DNA from: an uncultured Gammaproteobacteria bacterium
Lineage (GTDB): Bacteria; Pseudomonadota; Gammaproteobacteria; UBA9214
Direction: 5' to 3'
NCBI GenBank assembly: GCA_963773065.1
Contig: CAVYZN010000008.1
Coordinates: forward strand, 1 to 64,000
Length of the DNA: 64,000 nucleotides
The notes under the pieces were generated by a model that was given only the letters and a program-made list of their open reading frames with translations, was not told where the DNA came from and did not search any database. Position 1 is the stretch's first letter, and the number at the start of each line of letters is the position of its first letter. The position numbers were made by a program, and so were the translations under genes. Of this stretch, positions 40,572 to 51,439 are shown one piece after another.

Positions 40572-42053
40572 CTACACGCTGTTGCGCCACTCCGTGTCCT
40601 CGGCGTCGAACAGGCGGTTCGATTCCTCGGGACCCCAGGAGCCGGCAGTGTACGTGTGGATGAAGTCCCGCTCCTGAGCCCAGTCCTTCAGGATCGGGTC
40701 CACCACCCGCCAGGCCCATTCCACCTCATCGAACCGGATGAACAGGGTCTTGTCCCCCTCGATCACGTCCAACAGCAGGACCTCGTAGGCGTCCAGGGGT
40801 TGCTCGTCGGCGCGGCGGTAGCCAGCGTTCAGGCGCACCACGCGGGTGTTCATGTCCAGGCCCGGCTGTTTGGCGTGGATCTCCATGTGCATGCTCTCCT
40901 CCGGCTGGATGGAGAGCACGATCCAGTTGGGCTCAAGGGTCTCCAGAGGGGTCTCCCGAAAGAGCTGCTGGGGCGGGTGCCGCAGGCGGAGGGCGATGAT
41001 GCTCATCGACTGCTTCAGGCGCTTGCCGGTGCGCAGGTAGAACGGCACGCCACGCCAGCGCCAGTTGTCGATGTAGAGCTTGGCACAGGCATAGGTCTCG
41101 GTGACCGAGTCGGGCTCCACCCCCGGCTCGCTCTGGTAGCCCTGGATTTGCCGGCCCTGCACGATGCCGGACGCGTATTGGGCGCGGAAGGCGTGGGCGT
41201 GCACGGCGCCCTTGGAGATCGGGCGGATGGAGCGCAACACCTTGACCTTTTCGTCGCGCAGGGCGTCAGCCTCAAGGGCCGGCGGCGGTTCCATCGCCAC
41301 CAGGGTCAGCAGTTGCATGAGATGGTTCTGCAGCATGTCCCGCAGGGCACCCGCCTTGTCATAATAATCGGCGCGCTGCTCGATGCCCGCCTCCTCGGCC
41401 ATGGTGATCTGCACGTGATCGACGAAGTTGCGATTCCACAGTGGCTCGATAAGGGTATTAGCGAACCGGAACACCAGCAAGTTCTGCACCGTCTCCTTGC
41501 CCAGGTAGTGGTCGATACGAAACACCTGGCTCTCGTCGAAATAGCGGTGCAGCAGCTTGTTGAGCACCTGGGCTGATTCGATGTCCTGACCGAAAGGCTT
41601 TTCCACCACGATGCGGTGCAGGCCCCGGGGCTCGGAGAGGCCCGCGTCGTCCAGGTTTTTTATCACGGGCGGGAAGTCGTTGGGCTTGATCGCCAGGTAG
41701 AACACGATGTTGGAGCACGACCCCAGCTTCGGCTTGGCCAGCAGCGCCTTGAGCCGGGCATAGGCCTCGGTGTCGTGCAGCTCGCCGCGCAGATACTCGA
41801 AGCGCGAAACGAAGTGTTCTAGTCGCTCCCCCTCGGCCTTGACCAACTGGACCAGCAGTTCCCGCACGTGAGTGCGCCAGGCCAAGTCATCCCACTCGCG
41901 CCGGCCGAAGGCGACGACGTTGAGGCCCTCCGGCAGCTTTCCGGCGAGCTCCAGCCGGTACAGCGCCGGCAGCAGCTTGTTGGAGGCCAGGTTGCCCGTG
42001 GCGCCGAAGATGACGAAGTTGCACGGGGGCAGAGGCATTTCCAGGTCGAGCAT
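40572..42053 (-). CDS. zwf: Glucose-6-phosphate 1-dehydrogenase
   Basis: [34 protein letters not shown] and [12 protein letters not shown] motifs. Confidence 0.96.
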   Translation of the reverse strand: MLDLEMPLPPCNFVIFGATGNLASNKLLPALYRLELAGKLPEGLNVVAFGRREWDDLAWRTHVRELLVQLVKAEGERLEHFVSRFEYLRGELHDTEAYARLKALLAKPKLGSCSNIVFYLAIKPNDFPPVIKNLDDAGLSEPRGLHRIVVEKPFGQDIESAQVLNKLLHRYFDESQVFRIDHYLGKETVQNLLVFRFANTLIEPLWNRNFVDHVQITMAEEAGIEQRADYYDKAGALRDMLQNHLMQLLTLVAMEPPPALEADALRDEKVKVLRSIRPISKGAVHAHAFRAQYASGIVQGRQIQGYQSEPGVEPDSVTETYACAKLYIDNWRWRGVPFYLRTGKRLKQSMSIIALRLRHPPQQLFRETPLETLEPNWIVLSIQPEESMHMEIHAKQPGLDMNTRVVRLNAGYRRADEQPLDAYEVLLLDVIEGDKTLFIRFDEVEWAWRVVDPILKDWAQERDFIHTYTAGSWGPEESNRLFDAEDTEWRNSV

Positions 42054-42110
42054 TTAAGCCTCCGTCTGCCCGTTGCCGCCTGAGTTGCAATTCGCCATAC
42101 AGGTAGGCGC

Positions 42111-42629
42111 TCAGCCGCCTCGTCTCGAATCCGCTCTGACCGGTAGCCTCCAGCCCGGCCGGACGAAGTGGCAGGTGTAGCCATTCGGGATGCGCTCCAG
42201 ATAATCCTGGTGCTCCGGCTCGGCTTCCCAGAAGTCGCCGGCAGGCGTGACTTCCGTGATAACCTTTCCTGGCCAGAGACCGGACGCTTCGACATCGGCG
42301 ATGGTGTCCTCGGCGACCCGCTTCTGCTTATCGTTCGTGTAGAAGATGGCCGAGCGATAGCTTGTTCCGACATCATTGCCCTGACGGTTCACTGTCGTCG
42401 GATCGTGAATCTGGAAGAAAAACGCCAGTAGCTCCCGGTAGCTGACCTTCGAGGGATCGAAGATGATCTCGATCGCTTCGGCATGGGTGCCATGATTGCG
42501 ATAAGTCGCGTTCGGCACGTCACCGCCCGTATAACCGACTCGGGTCGAAATCACGCCGTCATAGCGACGGATCAGGTCCTGCATTCCCCAGAAGCAGCCT
42601 CCGGCGAGCACCGCGCGTTCGCGTTTCAT
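42111..42629 (-). CDS. msrA: Peptide methionine sulfoxide reductase MsrA
   Basis: GGCFWG, HDPTT.NRQGND.G.SYRS and AEPEHQDY motifs. Confidence 0.95.
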   Translation of the reverse strand: MKRERAVLAGGCFWGMQDLIRRYDGVISTRVGYTGGDVPNATYRNHGTHAEAIEIIFDPSKVSYRELLAFFFQIHDPTTVNRQGNDVGTSYRSAIFYTNDKQKRVAEDTIADVEASGLWPGKVITEVTPAGDFWEAEPEHQDYLERIPNGYTCHFVRPGWRLPVRADSRRGG

Positions 42630-42721
42630 CGGATATGCTCCACTTGGTCGAGGTAAGAGCCGTAGCCTTCGGCCTCCATGTCATCACGGTGGACGAAGCG
42701 CAGCGACGCCGAGTTGATGCA
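42626..42721 (-). pseudogene. msrB: MsrB C-terminal remnant
   Basis: [31 protein letters not shown] overlaps the msrA start; the 5' part is absent. Confidence 0.75.
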
Positions 42722-42763
42722 TTGGGCGCCGTGGATAACGCCGCGCCTGGCGCCACCCGCCGC

Positions 42764-43603
42764 TCACGCGGCGGCCTGGTCGGCGCGCTTGAAGAACGCG
42801 AGCAGATCCGCGTTGACCTGGTCCTTCAGGGTCGTGCACAGGCCGTGCGGGGCTCCCTGGTAGACCTTGAGCGTCGCACCCTTGACGAGCTTGGCCGACA
42901 GCCGGGCCGAGTTGGCGATCGGCACGATCTGGTCATCATCGCCGTGCAGGATCAGGGTGGGCACGTCGATCTTCTTCAGGTCCTCGGTCAGATCCGTCTC
43001 GGAGAAGGCCTTGATGCAAAAGTAGGAGCCCGGGAAGCCGCACATCATCCCCTGACGCCAGAACGACTCACGCACGCCTTCCGAGACTTTCGCGCCCGGG
43101 CGGTTGTAGCCGTAGAAAGGCAGGCTGAGATCCTTCCAGAACTGCGAGCGATCGGCGAGGACACCCGCGCGAATCTGATCGAACACCTCGATCGGCAGGC
43201 CGCCCGGATTGGCGGGCGTCTTCAGCATCAGCGGGGGGATCGCACCGATCAGTACCACCTTGGCCACCCGTTGGGTGCCGTGGCGGCCGATATAGCGGAC
43301 CACTTCACCGCCTCCGGTGGAGTGCCCGATATGGATCGCATTTTTCAGGTCGAGCGTTTCGACGAGCGCCGCGAGGTCATCGGCGTAGGTGTCCAGGTCG
43401 TTGCCGTTCCAGGGCTGGCTCGAGCGCCCATGGCCGCGGCGGTCATGGGCGATGCAGCGGTAGCCCTGCGATGCGAGAAAAAACATCTGGTCCTCAAACG
43501 CGTCGGCGCTGAGCGGCCAGCCGTGGCTGAAGACGACGGGCTGTCCTTTGCCCCAGTCGTTATAGTAAATCTGGGTACCGTCTTTGGTGGTGATCGTGCT
43601 CAT
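42764..43603 (-). CDS. Non-heme chloroperoxidase-like alpha/beta hydrolase
   Basis: [31 protein letters not shown] and PHG motifs. Confidence 0.9.
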   Translation of the reverse strand: MSTITTKDGTQIYYNDWGKGQPVVFSHGWPLSADAFEDQMFFLASQGYRCIAHDRRGHGRSSQPWNGNDLDTYADDLAALVETLDLKNAIHIGHSTGGGEVVRYIGRHGTQRVAKVVLIGAIPPLMLKTPANPGGLPIEVFDQIRAGVLADRSQFWKDLSLPFYGYNRPGAKVSEGVRESFWRQGMMCGFPGSYFCIKAFSETDLTEDLKKIDVPTLILHGDDDQIVPIANSARLSAKLVKGATLKVYQGAPHGLCTTLKDQVNADLLAFFKRADQAAA

Positions 43604-44024
43604 GGGTGTTCTCCTTTCCTCTCGTTGGAGGAGCTTGAAGTTGCCGCCCTGGCACTTGCGGCACACCTCACCGCCGGAAATCCACCGACGGTTGCCATGA
43701 CGGCAGTGCCGAACAGGAAGTTGTGTAAGAAGGTATAGTCGCCTTATTTCCTAAAATCCATGGGCATTACCCAGCCATTCGCTGGGGTATCTCGTCTGCA
43801 ATTGTCACGCATGCTCGCTGAGTCCCGCCGCGGCCGCCCCGGAAGTAAACATCGTCTGGACGGATATGCCTAGCACGATCATGACGATTGCGTGCTGATC
43901 GACGTCGTGAACGCTGACGGGCGGCGCGAACTCCCCACGTAGTCCGCGAAAATAGCATTTCATTGTTTGCAGAGATATTACCACCATCGAATCGCGCCGT
44001 TACCCATGATGTGGCAAGATTCTG

Positions 44025-44195
44025 CTCGCAAATGTGACAACCCAACCCACAGCAGCCTGGGCACTGCAGCAACTGCATAAAGCTATCCCGTCGGACCATG
44101 GTGACCGTTTTCTCATCCATCATCGCGATGGCATCTACTCGCCCCGGCTCGACCAAGCTATTACGCACATGGGGCTGCGAATATTCAGCTATCAT
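44025..44195 (+). pseudogene. Integrase-core (rve) transposase fragment
   Basis: NVTTQPTAAWALQQL...RFLIHHRDGIY resembles the rve NVT.HPT..W..QQL...YLI.DRD segment. Confidence 0.55.
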
Positions 44196-44302
44196 TTGAT
44201 TAAATCTCTCCGCAGCCTTCTCGCGTGAGCAGAACTACCATTGGAGGGTCTATGTCGAGAATGCGCGAGCGTGACGCCACTACCAACCGACGGAGGTAAC
44301 CG

Positions 44303-44803
44303 ATGAGCAGCACCCAGGTACGCAGTGAAAGCGCGACCGAGATCCCGAGGCCCGGGATGGTCGACATGAAGCTCGAGGTCATCGTCATCCCGGTGTCCGA
44401 CGTCGATCGCGCCAAGCGCTTCTACAGCAGCTTGGGGTGGCGGCTCGATGCCGACTTCGCCACCGGTGAGGACTTCCGGGTGGTGCAGCTGACGCCTCCC
44501 GGCTCGGAGTGCTCGATCATCTTCGGCAAGGGAATCACGTCGGCCGTGCCGGGTTCAGTTCAGGGCCTGCATCTGGTCGTCTTCGACATCGAAGCCGCCC
44601 GAGCCGAGCTCGTCGACCGCGCCGTCGACGTTAGCGAGCTGTTCCACGACGTCGGCGGGGTGTTCCACCACGCCGGGGTCGAGGGACGCGTAAGCGGCCC
44701 CGATCCTGAACGCCGCAGCTACGCCTCGTTCGCCTCGTTCAGCGATCCGGACGGCAACGGCTGGCTGCTCCAAGAGGTGAAGGTACGGCTTCTCGGACGG
44801 TGA
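44303..44803 (+). CDS. VOC/glyoxalase family protein
   Basis: LEVIVIPVSDVDRAKRFY, QLTPPGS and FSDPDGNGWLLQE motifs. Confidence 0.88.
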   Translation: MSSTQVRSESATEIPRPGMVDMKLEVIVIPVSDVDRAKRFYSSLGWRLDADFATGEDFRVVQLTPPGSECSIIFGKGITSAVPGSVQGLHLVVFDIEAARAELVDRAVDVSELFHDVGGVFHHAGVEGRVSGPDPERRSYASFASFSDPDGNGWLLQEVKVRLLGR

Positions 44804-44836
44804 CAGAGTCTGAACGACTGAGAAGGAGGACCAATC

Positions 44837-45025
44837 ATGGACGTCGCGACTCTGACAGAGCTTCTGCGTGAGGCAGAGGAGCACCATGGCGACTACGAAC
44901 CGTCCGCTCCCAAGCACCACTGGTCGGGCTGGTACGCCGCCTACATCATCGCGCGTGATCAGGGGAGGACTCCCGCCGAGGCATCCAATGATGCCGCGCT
45001 CCACATGGAAGGTGTCCGAACGTGA
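44837..45025 (+). CDS. Small hypothetical protein
   Basis: Strong AGGAGG RBS; LLREAEEHHGDYE...HHWSGWYAAY; stop overlaps the next start. Confidence 0.6.
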   Translation: MDVATLTELLREAEEHHGDYEPSAPKHHWSGWYAAYIIARDQGRTPAEASNDAALHMEGVRT

Positions 45026-45084
45026 GCGGCGACTATGACGTCATCGTCCTCGGGGGTGGCTCGCCGGGCGAGCACTGCGCCGCC
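45022..45084 (+). pseudogene. N-terminal stub of a pyridine nucleotide-disulfide oxidoreductase
   Basis: SGDYDVIVLGGGSPGEHCA, after which similarity stops. Confidence 0.55.
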
Positions 45085-45237
45085 GGCTTCGCGGTAGAAG
45101 ATGGAGAGGCCGTCCACTTTTACTGTACGATACGAGATATGCTGGGCCATCGCAGACTCCTTCGACTGAGCGAACACATTAAGGGACGAAATGAGTACGG
45201 CGACCAGACCGAGCCAAGTTATCCTCGGGGAGAACAT
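45084..45237 (-). pseudogene. N-terminal stub of an alpha/beta (epoxide-hydrolase-like) hydrolase
   Basis: Signal-like leader, then ISYRTVKVDGLSIFYREAG, truncated. Confidence 0.55.
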
Positions 45238-45238
45238 G

Positions 45239-46362
45239 TCATTTACCCTTGGCGGCAAAAGTGCCATCAATCACGCCGAGACGCCCGACACCAGCGTGTC
45301 CAACAGTTCGGTCGTCCTCGTGTGGTGAGTAAGGTTCGCAGCTCTGCCCGGCCCACATCGGGATGAGTTCCTGTCGGCCGGACTTCTCTGCCGGGCCGGA
45401 GATATTCCGCACGAGGAAGCGTTGGAGCGGGTATGGCAGAATTTCTACGCCCGGCGCGTTCATCGTATCAAGCAACCGGTTCTTGATGCCGCGTCCGAGC
45501 CTTCCTGTGAAGCCACGAGTCAACGCCGTTTGACCCGCCTTGCCGCGGAGCAAAGCCTCGCGATACTGCGGACTCGCCCCTGACTCTTCACAGGCGAGGA
45601 ACGCGGTCCCGATCTGCACGCCTTCCGCACCGAGGGCGAAAGCGGCAACGATGCCTCGGGCGTCGGCAATGCCGCCCGCCGCGACAACGGGCACCGACAC
45701 AAGATCGGCGACTTGCGGCACGAGTGAGAACGTCCCAGTCAGTGAGTCCTCTGACGCGCGCAGGAACGATCCGCGATGCCCACCCGCCTCGAAACCTGAG
45801 GCGGCGATCACATCCACGTTCGCCTTTTCTAACTCGATCGCCTCATCCGGTGTGGTGGCGGTGCCGATGATCACGATGCCCTTGGCGCGACATTCGTCCA
45901 GAATGTCTTTCGGCGGGATGCCGATATATGAAACTGAACACCGGCACTTTCGCGTCGATGAGCACGCGCACCTGCTCTTCGAACTTCATCGGCGAGTACG
46001 GCGTGGTAAGACGGAAGAGTGCCGCCCAGCGACTGAATGTGCGGCGCGAGCGTTGCGAGACTTCTCTTGAACGCTGCTTCGTCCGATGTCTTCGCTCCTT
46101 CGTCCTCCATCGAGACCCAGAGGTTCATCGCGAACGGCTTATCGGTCATCGAGCGCAGTTCAGCGATGACGTCCTTGATCGCGCCCGGGGTCAGTCCGTG
46201 TGCGCCGAACGAGCCAAGGCCTCCGTAATTCGAGACAGCAGCCGTCAGCCGTTGCGACGACAAGACCGCCCAGTGGTCCTTGAATGATCGGGTACTTGAT
46301 GCCGAGCTTCGCCGAGACTCTCGTGTTGGCCCACGCCGGCTGCTGTGTTGTTGGTTGCTCAT
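45239..46362 (-). CDS. Nitronate monooxygenase family flavoprotein (several frameshifts)
   Basis: AVSNYGGLGS, TDKPFAMNL, GFEAGGHRGSF, AAGGIADARG, VQIGTAFL and MWAGQS motifs. Confidence 0.8.
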
Positions 46363-46393
46363 CTCCTGAGGAATCCTCACGCCGGTTCAGGCT

Positions 46394-46861
46394 TCACTCC
46401 AGGATGACTTCCAGTTCGACCGGCGAACCGAGTGGAAGGCTCGCGACACCAAAGACAAGGCGCGAAGAGACGGTCTCTTCGCCGAAGACATCGCGAAGCA
46501 ACTCCGACGCCGCATCGGCGACCTTCGGGTGCTCAGTGAACTCAGGCGTCGCGGCGACGTACACGCCGAGCCTCACGACGTGGCTCACGCGGTTCAACGA
46601 ACCCAACTGCTTCTTCGCGAGCGCAAGCACATTGAGTGCGGCCGTGTACGCCGCTTCCCGGCCCGCCTTCACGTCAAGGTCTTTGCCCACGACGCCAACT
46701 ACCGTAGCCGTGTGGCCCGAGGTGGCGAGCATCCCGCTCAGGAAAAGGAGGTTGCCCGTCTGAACGGCAGGCACGTACGCACCAAAAGGCGTTGGCGCAT
46801 CCGGCAGATGAATGCCGAGCTTGGCGAGACGGTCCTCGGCGGTTGTTGAGTTTGTGGTCAT
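46394..46861 (-). CDS. RidA/YjgF family protein
   Basis: YVPAVQTGNLLFLSG, HPKVADAAS and GVASLPLGSPVELE motifs. Confidence 0.88.
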   Translation of the reverse strand: MTTNSTTAEDRLAKLGIHLPDAPTPFGAYVPAVQTGNLLFLSGMLATSGHTATVVGVVGKDLDVKAGREAAYTAALNVLALAKKQLGSLNRVSHVVRLGVYVAATPEFTEHPKVADAASELLRDVFGEETVSSRLVFGVASLPLGSPVELEVILE

Positions 46862-46879
46862 GACGAAAGCTCCTTTCAA

Positions 46880-47608
46880 TTACCAGCGGCCGAAATGAGC
46901 GCCGCCATCGACGTACAGGATGTCACCAGTGACCGTCGCGGCGTCGGTCAGGTACATGACCGCATCCGTGATGTCCTTGACCGTCGAAGGCCGACCCATC
47001 GGCGACAGGCTCTCCATCACGTCCTTCGGAGTCTCCCGGTGAAGCGGCGTGTAGACGACGCCCGGCGCGACGGCGTTCACGCGGATGCCGTCTTTCGCGT
47101 ACTCCATCGCCAGGTGCTGGGTGATCGTTTCCAGACCGCCTTTGGTGATCATCGGCACCGCCGCCGTGACGCCCCGGATCGGGTTGCGAGCAAGGGCCGC
47201 CGTGATCGTGACGATGCTCCCGCCGGTCTTCTGCGCCAGCATTTGCTTGATGGCGAGTTGGGTGACGTACAGGAAGCCCTCGACGTTCGTCGAGACGAGC
47301 GACTTGAAGTCCTCGGCCGTGTAGTCCGTGAACGGCTTGGTGAAGAAGATGCCGGCGTTATTGACCAGTGCGTCGATCGACTTGAAGCGAGACAGCGCCG
47401 TCTCGACGATCTTGGCGGCAGTTGCCGGCTCGCCGATGTGGCCGTCCACCAGAGCGACGTGGTCGGAAGCCGCGACCTCGGTGGATTGGGTCACCTTCCG
47501 GGAATTGGCAACGACGTTGAAACCCCGTTCGACAAACCCTTTCACGATTCCCGCGCCGATCCCCTGCGAAGCTCCGGTCACGATGGCTGTCTTCCGTGGG
47601 CCGCTCAT
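46880..47608 (-). CDS. SDR oxidoreductase (atypical; catalytic Tyr apparently replaced, MITK)
   Basis: TGASQGIG, NNAG, IRVNAVAPG and VDGG motifs. Confidence 0.88.
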   Translation of the reverse strand: MSGPRKTAIVTGASQGIGAGIVKGFVERGFNVVANSRKVTQSTEVAASDHVALVDGHIGEPATAAKIVETALSRFKSIDALVNNAGIFFTKPFTDYTAEDFKSLVSTNVEGFLYVTQLAIKQMLAQKTGGSIVTITAALARNPIRGVTAAVPMITKGGLETITQHLAMEYAKDGIRVNAVAPGVVYTPLHRETPKDVMESLSPMGRPSTVKDITDAVMYLTDAATVTGDILYVDGGAHFGRW

Positions 47609-47663
47609 GGTTGTTTACCTCGAAAACGTCTTGTCACTAGAAAAAATTCGATGGTCAAGCGGA

Positions 47664-48671
47664 TCAGAAATCCGCGTCCAGCACGATGCGGTAACGGGCC
47701 TTGCCTGATTCAAGTCGGGCGAAGGCCTCGTTGATATTGCTCATCGGGAAGTGCTCGGTCTGCGGCGCGACATTGTGCCGTGAAGCGAAGTCGAGCATCG
47801 TCTCGATCGCCACCGGCGAGCCGGTCGGCGAACCTGAGACGCTGCGCTGCTGCAGGATGAGCGAGAACGCCGCGACCGGGATGGGTTCCAGCACGGCACC
47901 GACGACGTGCAACCGGCCGTTGGGCGCGAGCGTGCCGATCATCGCGTCCCAATCGAGCTTCACGTTGACGGTGCTGATCAGGAGGTCGAAGCTGCCGCCG
48001 AGTTTCTTGATCGCCGCCGAGTCCTTGCTCGACACGACGTGATTCGCCCCGAAACCTTTGGCTTCATCGAACTTGCTCTCGCTCGACGTGAACGCCGTCA
48101 CGTCGCACCCGTAGGCCGCCGCGAATTTGACCGCCATGTGGCCCAACCCGCCGATGCCGATGATGCCCACCCGGTCGGTCGGCTTGGCGTACATCGCCAG
48201 CGGCGCGAAGACGGTGATGCCCCCGCACAAGAGCGGCCCGGCTTCGGCGAAGTTCAGCTTTTCCGGCAGCGGGATGGCCCACGCCCAGTGCGCGCGGATG
48301 TGGGTCGCGAACCCGCCGCGATGACCGACGATGGTCGGTTGCACTTGCGGGCAAAGGTGATGGCTTCCCGACATGCACTGGTGACAGTGCATGCAGCTAC
48401 CCGAGTTCCAGCCGACGCCGACGCGCTGTCCGACCTTGAGTCCCTTGGCATTCGGACCTACGGCCGTGACCCGACCGATGACCTCGTGGCCGAGAATCGC
48501 GGGGTACTGCGAAATGCCCCAGTCATTGTTCAAGACGGAGAGATCGGAGTGACACAAACCGCAGTGTTCGACAGCGACTTCAACGTCCTCGGCCCCGAGC
48601 GGTCCGAGATCAACGGTTTCGAGCACCATCGGCTGTTTCGCCGCCTTCGCAACCCATGCCTTATAATTCAT
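47664..48671 (-). CDS. Zn-dependent NADPH aldehyde reductase / alcohol dehydrogenase (Ahr/CAD-like)
   Basis: CGLCHSD, GHE, CMHCHQC..C, PLLCGG, GIGGLG and ARYRIVL motifs. Confidence 0.9.
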   Translation of the reverse strand: MNYKAWVAKAAKQPMVLETVDLGPLGAEDVEVAVEHCGLCHSDLSVLNNDWGISQYPAILGHEVIGRVTAVGPNAKGLKVGQRVGVGWNSGSCMHCHQCMSGSHHLCPQVQPTIVGHRGGFATHIRAHWAWAIPLPEKLNFAEAGPLLCGGITVFAPLAMYAKPTDRVGIIGIGGLGHMAVKFAAAYGCDVTAFTSSESKFDEAKGFGANHVVSSKDSAAIKKLGGSFDLLISTVNVKLDWDAMIGTLAPNGRLHVVGAVLEPIPVAAFSLILQQRSVSGSPTGSPVAIETMLDFASRHNVAPQTEHFPMSNINEAFARLESGKARYRIVLDADF

Positions 48672-49376
48672 CGCGTCTCCTGTTCTGAAACTTGGGCCGG
48701 ATTGGACGGCGGAAGCAGACGCCGACTGTTTCTGCTTCAATCCGCTGGCTGGCTCGTTGCGGGTTTGGGTTGAATTGGCTTTAAGCGTTTCCATATCACA
48801 ACCCCGTAGCAAGTATAGTTCAGGCGACGCAATGGCAACCCTTGCCAATTCAGGGCATTCAGTTTGGTATGCAGAGCGGATTTTATAAACCTAGCGTTGG
48901 GGAACACTTATGTGCGGATAGGGTTGGAAGTTCCCTTTAAGTGATCGTTTATATTAGAGGCTGCCAAATGGCGGCACACGACTCAACTCGGAAGCGTGTC
49001 AGACTGGATGGCCGGAACGCCGGAAGGTACTGAAGCTGACATTCAGGTTCAAGTGGTATCGGCTATCCTTCGACCCGAGTTGCCGATTAACTGCTAATAA
49101 CTCAGGTCAGAATAGCTCTTACCGATCTTGCAGCTACCCGGGCGATAGTCTACACTCAAATTGCGGAACCAGGGTGTGCATCCGCCTAGGGTGTGCTGTT
49201 TGCACCGAAACGGGGTGGGGTTACGGCAGAGTCAGGTGCATGGCTCATGGGGCACACTAAACGACGTGTACTCGACCCATAAATCCGCCGAAAGGAGAAG
49301 ACAGCGTTGTACAAGGTAAGGAGGCGATAGTGAAAATCGAATATGTGATAGCAGATACGAAAAAGGAGGTGTTGAG

Positions 49377-49912
49377 ATGAACAGTAAAAAAATCCCGGCG
49401 ATTGTGATTATTGTGGTATTGCTCGCTGTCTTGGGTACCGTGGCGATTTCCGCGCAGGACAAGTACACCTTGCAAGTGCCGAATGGGCTCGCGTTCTCTG
49501 ACTTCAGGGGATACGAAGACTGGCAGGTTGTCGCCGTTAGCCAAACCGAAGCCCTTCTCAAGGTGATGGTCGCCAATCCCGCGATGATCGACGCCTACCG
49601 GGCCGGCATTCCGCGCAACGGCAAGCCTTTCCCCGACGGCTCCAAGATTGCGAAGATCGAGTGGAAACCGAAAAAGAGTACGGAGGCCCCCTTTCAGTGA
49701 GGGTGCCAGACACCTTGCAAGACATTTTCTTGATCGAGAAGGATAGCAAGAGATTCCCGAACACGAAGGGATGGGCATACGCCGCGTTTGACTATGACCC
49801 CGCGTCCGACACGTTCGCGCCCAATAAGACTGGGGTCGTCGATTGCGGCTTCGCGTGCCATACGAGAGTGAAGGCAAAAGATTACATTTTCACGGAGTAC
49901 GGGAAGAGGTGA
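49377..49912 (+). CDS. Cytochrome P460-family protein; frameshift near 49695
   Basis: Signal peptide; FRGYEDW, PFPDGSKIAK, KDSKRF...GWAYA.F; C-terminal CGFACH..KDYIF. Confidence 0.7.
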
Positions 49913-49919
49913 ACCGGTA

Positions 49920-50084
49920 GCTGTCATCGACCCACTCACGCCTGGCAATCTCTTTCAGAGACTTTGCCTCACCCGACTCCAGCATAGCCAGCCAGCGGTC
50001 CCCGCGGGTAAGCGCGAGATGAAGCGAGGTCGGCGTGTCATCCCAAGGGCGTGGCTGTAAACGGCCGCCATCTGGTAGGGTCAC
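49920..50084 (-). pseudogene. Fragment of a small HTH protein typically linked to island recombinases
   Basis: PTSLHLALTRGDRWLAMLESGEAKSLKEIARRE.VD.SY; family recognised from memory. Confidence 0.45.
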
Positions 50085-50119
50085 GACTTTGCGGAGACTG
50101 CGACGTTGTCGGCTTTAGA

Positions 50120-50318
50120 CTAATCCAATGCGAGGGCCTTGAGTTTCGCGGAGTGAACCTCGGCGCGGAGGGAAGCAATCACTTCGTTCACGCGCTTTCC
50201 GCTGCGACCGTTGACGATGACGCGAGCGCCTTCGGCAGCGAGGGCTTTAGCAATAGCGAAGCCGATGCCGGCCGTCGAACCCGTGACGAGCGAGTTTGTT
50301 TTCAAGTTGAAGGTTCAT
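50120..50318 (-). pseudogene. SDR N-terminal fragment
   Basis: MNLQLENK / LVTGSTAGIGFAIAKALAAEGARVIVNGR, truncated. Confidence 0.65.
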
Positions 50319-50325
50319 GGCTGAT

Positions 50326-51090
50326 TCATCTTGCCGTCCAGCCGCCATCCGCCACGAGGGTGTGGCCGGTGACGAACGACGCTTTGTCCGAACACAGCCA
50401 CAGCACCGCTTCGGCGATTTCCTCTGGCCGGCCCGTACGGCCAATCGGATGCAAGGCCGCAATCTGGTCGTGAGCGTCACTGCCAATGGCAGCCGTGAAT
50501 CGATCGAACATCGGCGTCTCAATGCCACCGGGCGACACGGCGTTCACACGAATGCCTTGCGCCGCGTATTCGAGCGCGGCAGTTTTTGTGAGGCCAATCA
50601 CGGCGTGCTTGCTGGCGACGTAAACACCCACGCCCGGAAAACCAACCAGCCCGCCGACCGACGAGTTGTTCACGATTGCGCCGCCGCCATTCTTCAACAT
50701 GGCCGAAACCTCGTGTTTCATGGCGAGCAACACGCCGAGCACATTGATGTCCATCACGGCGCGATAATTTTCGACCGATTGTTCGTGCGTCTGTTTGCCG
50801 ACATCGCCTTCGATGCCGGCATTGTTGAATGCCGCGTCAAGCCGACCGTAAGCGGACAACGTTTTCGCGACGAGCGCTGACACGTCGGCTTCGCTGGACA
50901 CGTCAGCCTTGACGAACGTGGCTTCGCCGCCGTTCTTTTTGATGAGAGAAACAACTTCATTTCCTTCTTTTTCGCGGCGTCCGGAGACTACGACCTTTGC
51001 GCCTTCGCGGGCGAAAGCAATCGCCGTGGCCGAACCAATACCACTCGTGCCGCCTGTTACGAGCGCGATTTTATTAGCAAATGTATTCAT
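50326..51090 (-). CDS. SDR oxidoreductase (glucose 1-dehydrogenase-like)
   Basis: TGGTSGIG, NNAG, YVASK and ADGG motifs. Confidence 0.92.
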   Translation of the reverse strand: MNTFANKIALVTGGTSGIGSATAIAFAREGAKVVVSGRREKEGNEVVSLIKKNGGEATFVKADVSSEADVSALVAKTLSAYGRLDAAFNNAGIEGDVGKQTHEQSVENYRAVMDINVLGVLLAMKHEVSAMLKNGGGAIVNNSSVGGLVGFPGVGVYVASKHAVIGLTKTAALEYAAQGIRVNAVSPGGIETPMFDRFTAAIGSDAHDQIAALHPIGRTGRPEEIAEAVLWLCSDKASFVTGHTLVADGGWTAR

Positions 51091-51234
51091 AGCGTAAAAA
51101 AAGAATAGACGCCCTTTTCCCAGAAGTCCACGGGTAGCTCATGGGCAACCCATCGAACCCCTTCCAAGCCTCCTCCGCTGCTCCTCCCACAGTAACGGCG
51201 TCTCCGCCGCCATGGCAGCCGTCCCCCCGGAGTA

Positions 51235-51360
51235 ATTGCCAGTCCGGCCGCTCCGCACGAATCTCAGCGTTGCGGCAGCCTTCGTACTGGCCGTAATCCC
51301 ATTCGACAAGGTCGCGATCGACATCGGCTATGGCCGCGAAACCTGCCAGCTCGCAGGTCC
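51235..51360 (-). pseudogene. Histidine-phosphatase family internal fragment
   Basis: TCELAGF...DRDLVEWDYGQYEG...EIRAERPDWQL. Confidence 0.55.
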
Positions 51361-51369
51361 AAGCGAAAA

Positions 51370-51428
51370 GGGGCCGGATACATTTCTTAGAGTACTGGGC
51401 ACTTGTGCCAGGAAATGTATCCGGCCCC
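51370..51428. repeat. 17-bp inverted repeat (REP-like hairpin)
   Basis: GGGGCCGGATACATTTC (51370-51386) and GAAATGTATCCGGCCCC (51412-51428). Confidence 0.85.
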
Positions 51429-51439
51429 ATTTATTGGCT

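Noticed and set aside
42764-43603. Non-heme chloroperoxidase as part of the halogenase cluster
   Set aside because: It lies 21 kb away in a different module, and this family consists of general perhydrolases/esterases.
48850-49370. Lower-GC intergenic tract with weak palindromes (attC-like sites, ncRNA, or a degenerate REP at about 49187-49260)
   Set aside because: No convincing paired structure or repeated boxes could be established by eye; it needs an Infernal or IntegronFinder scan.
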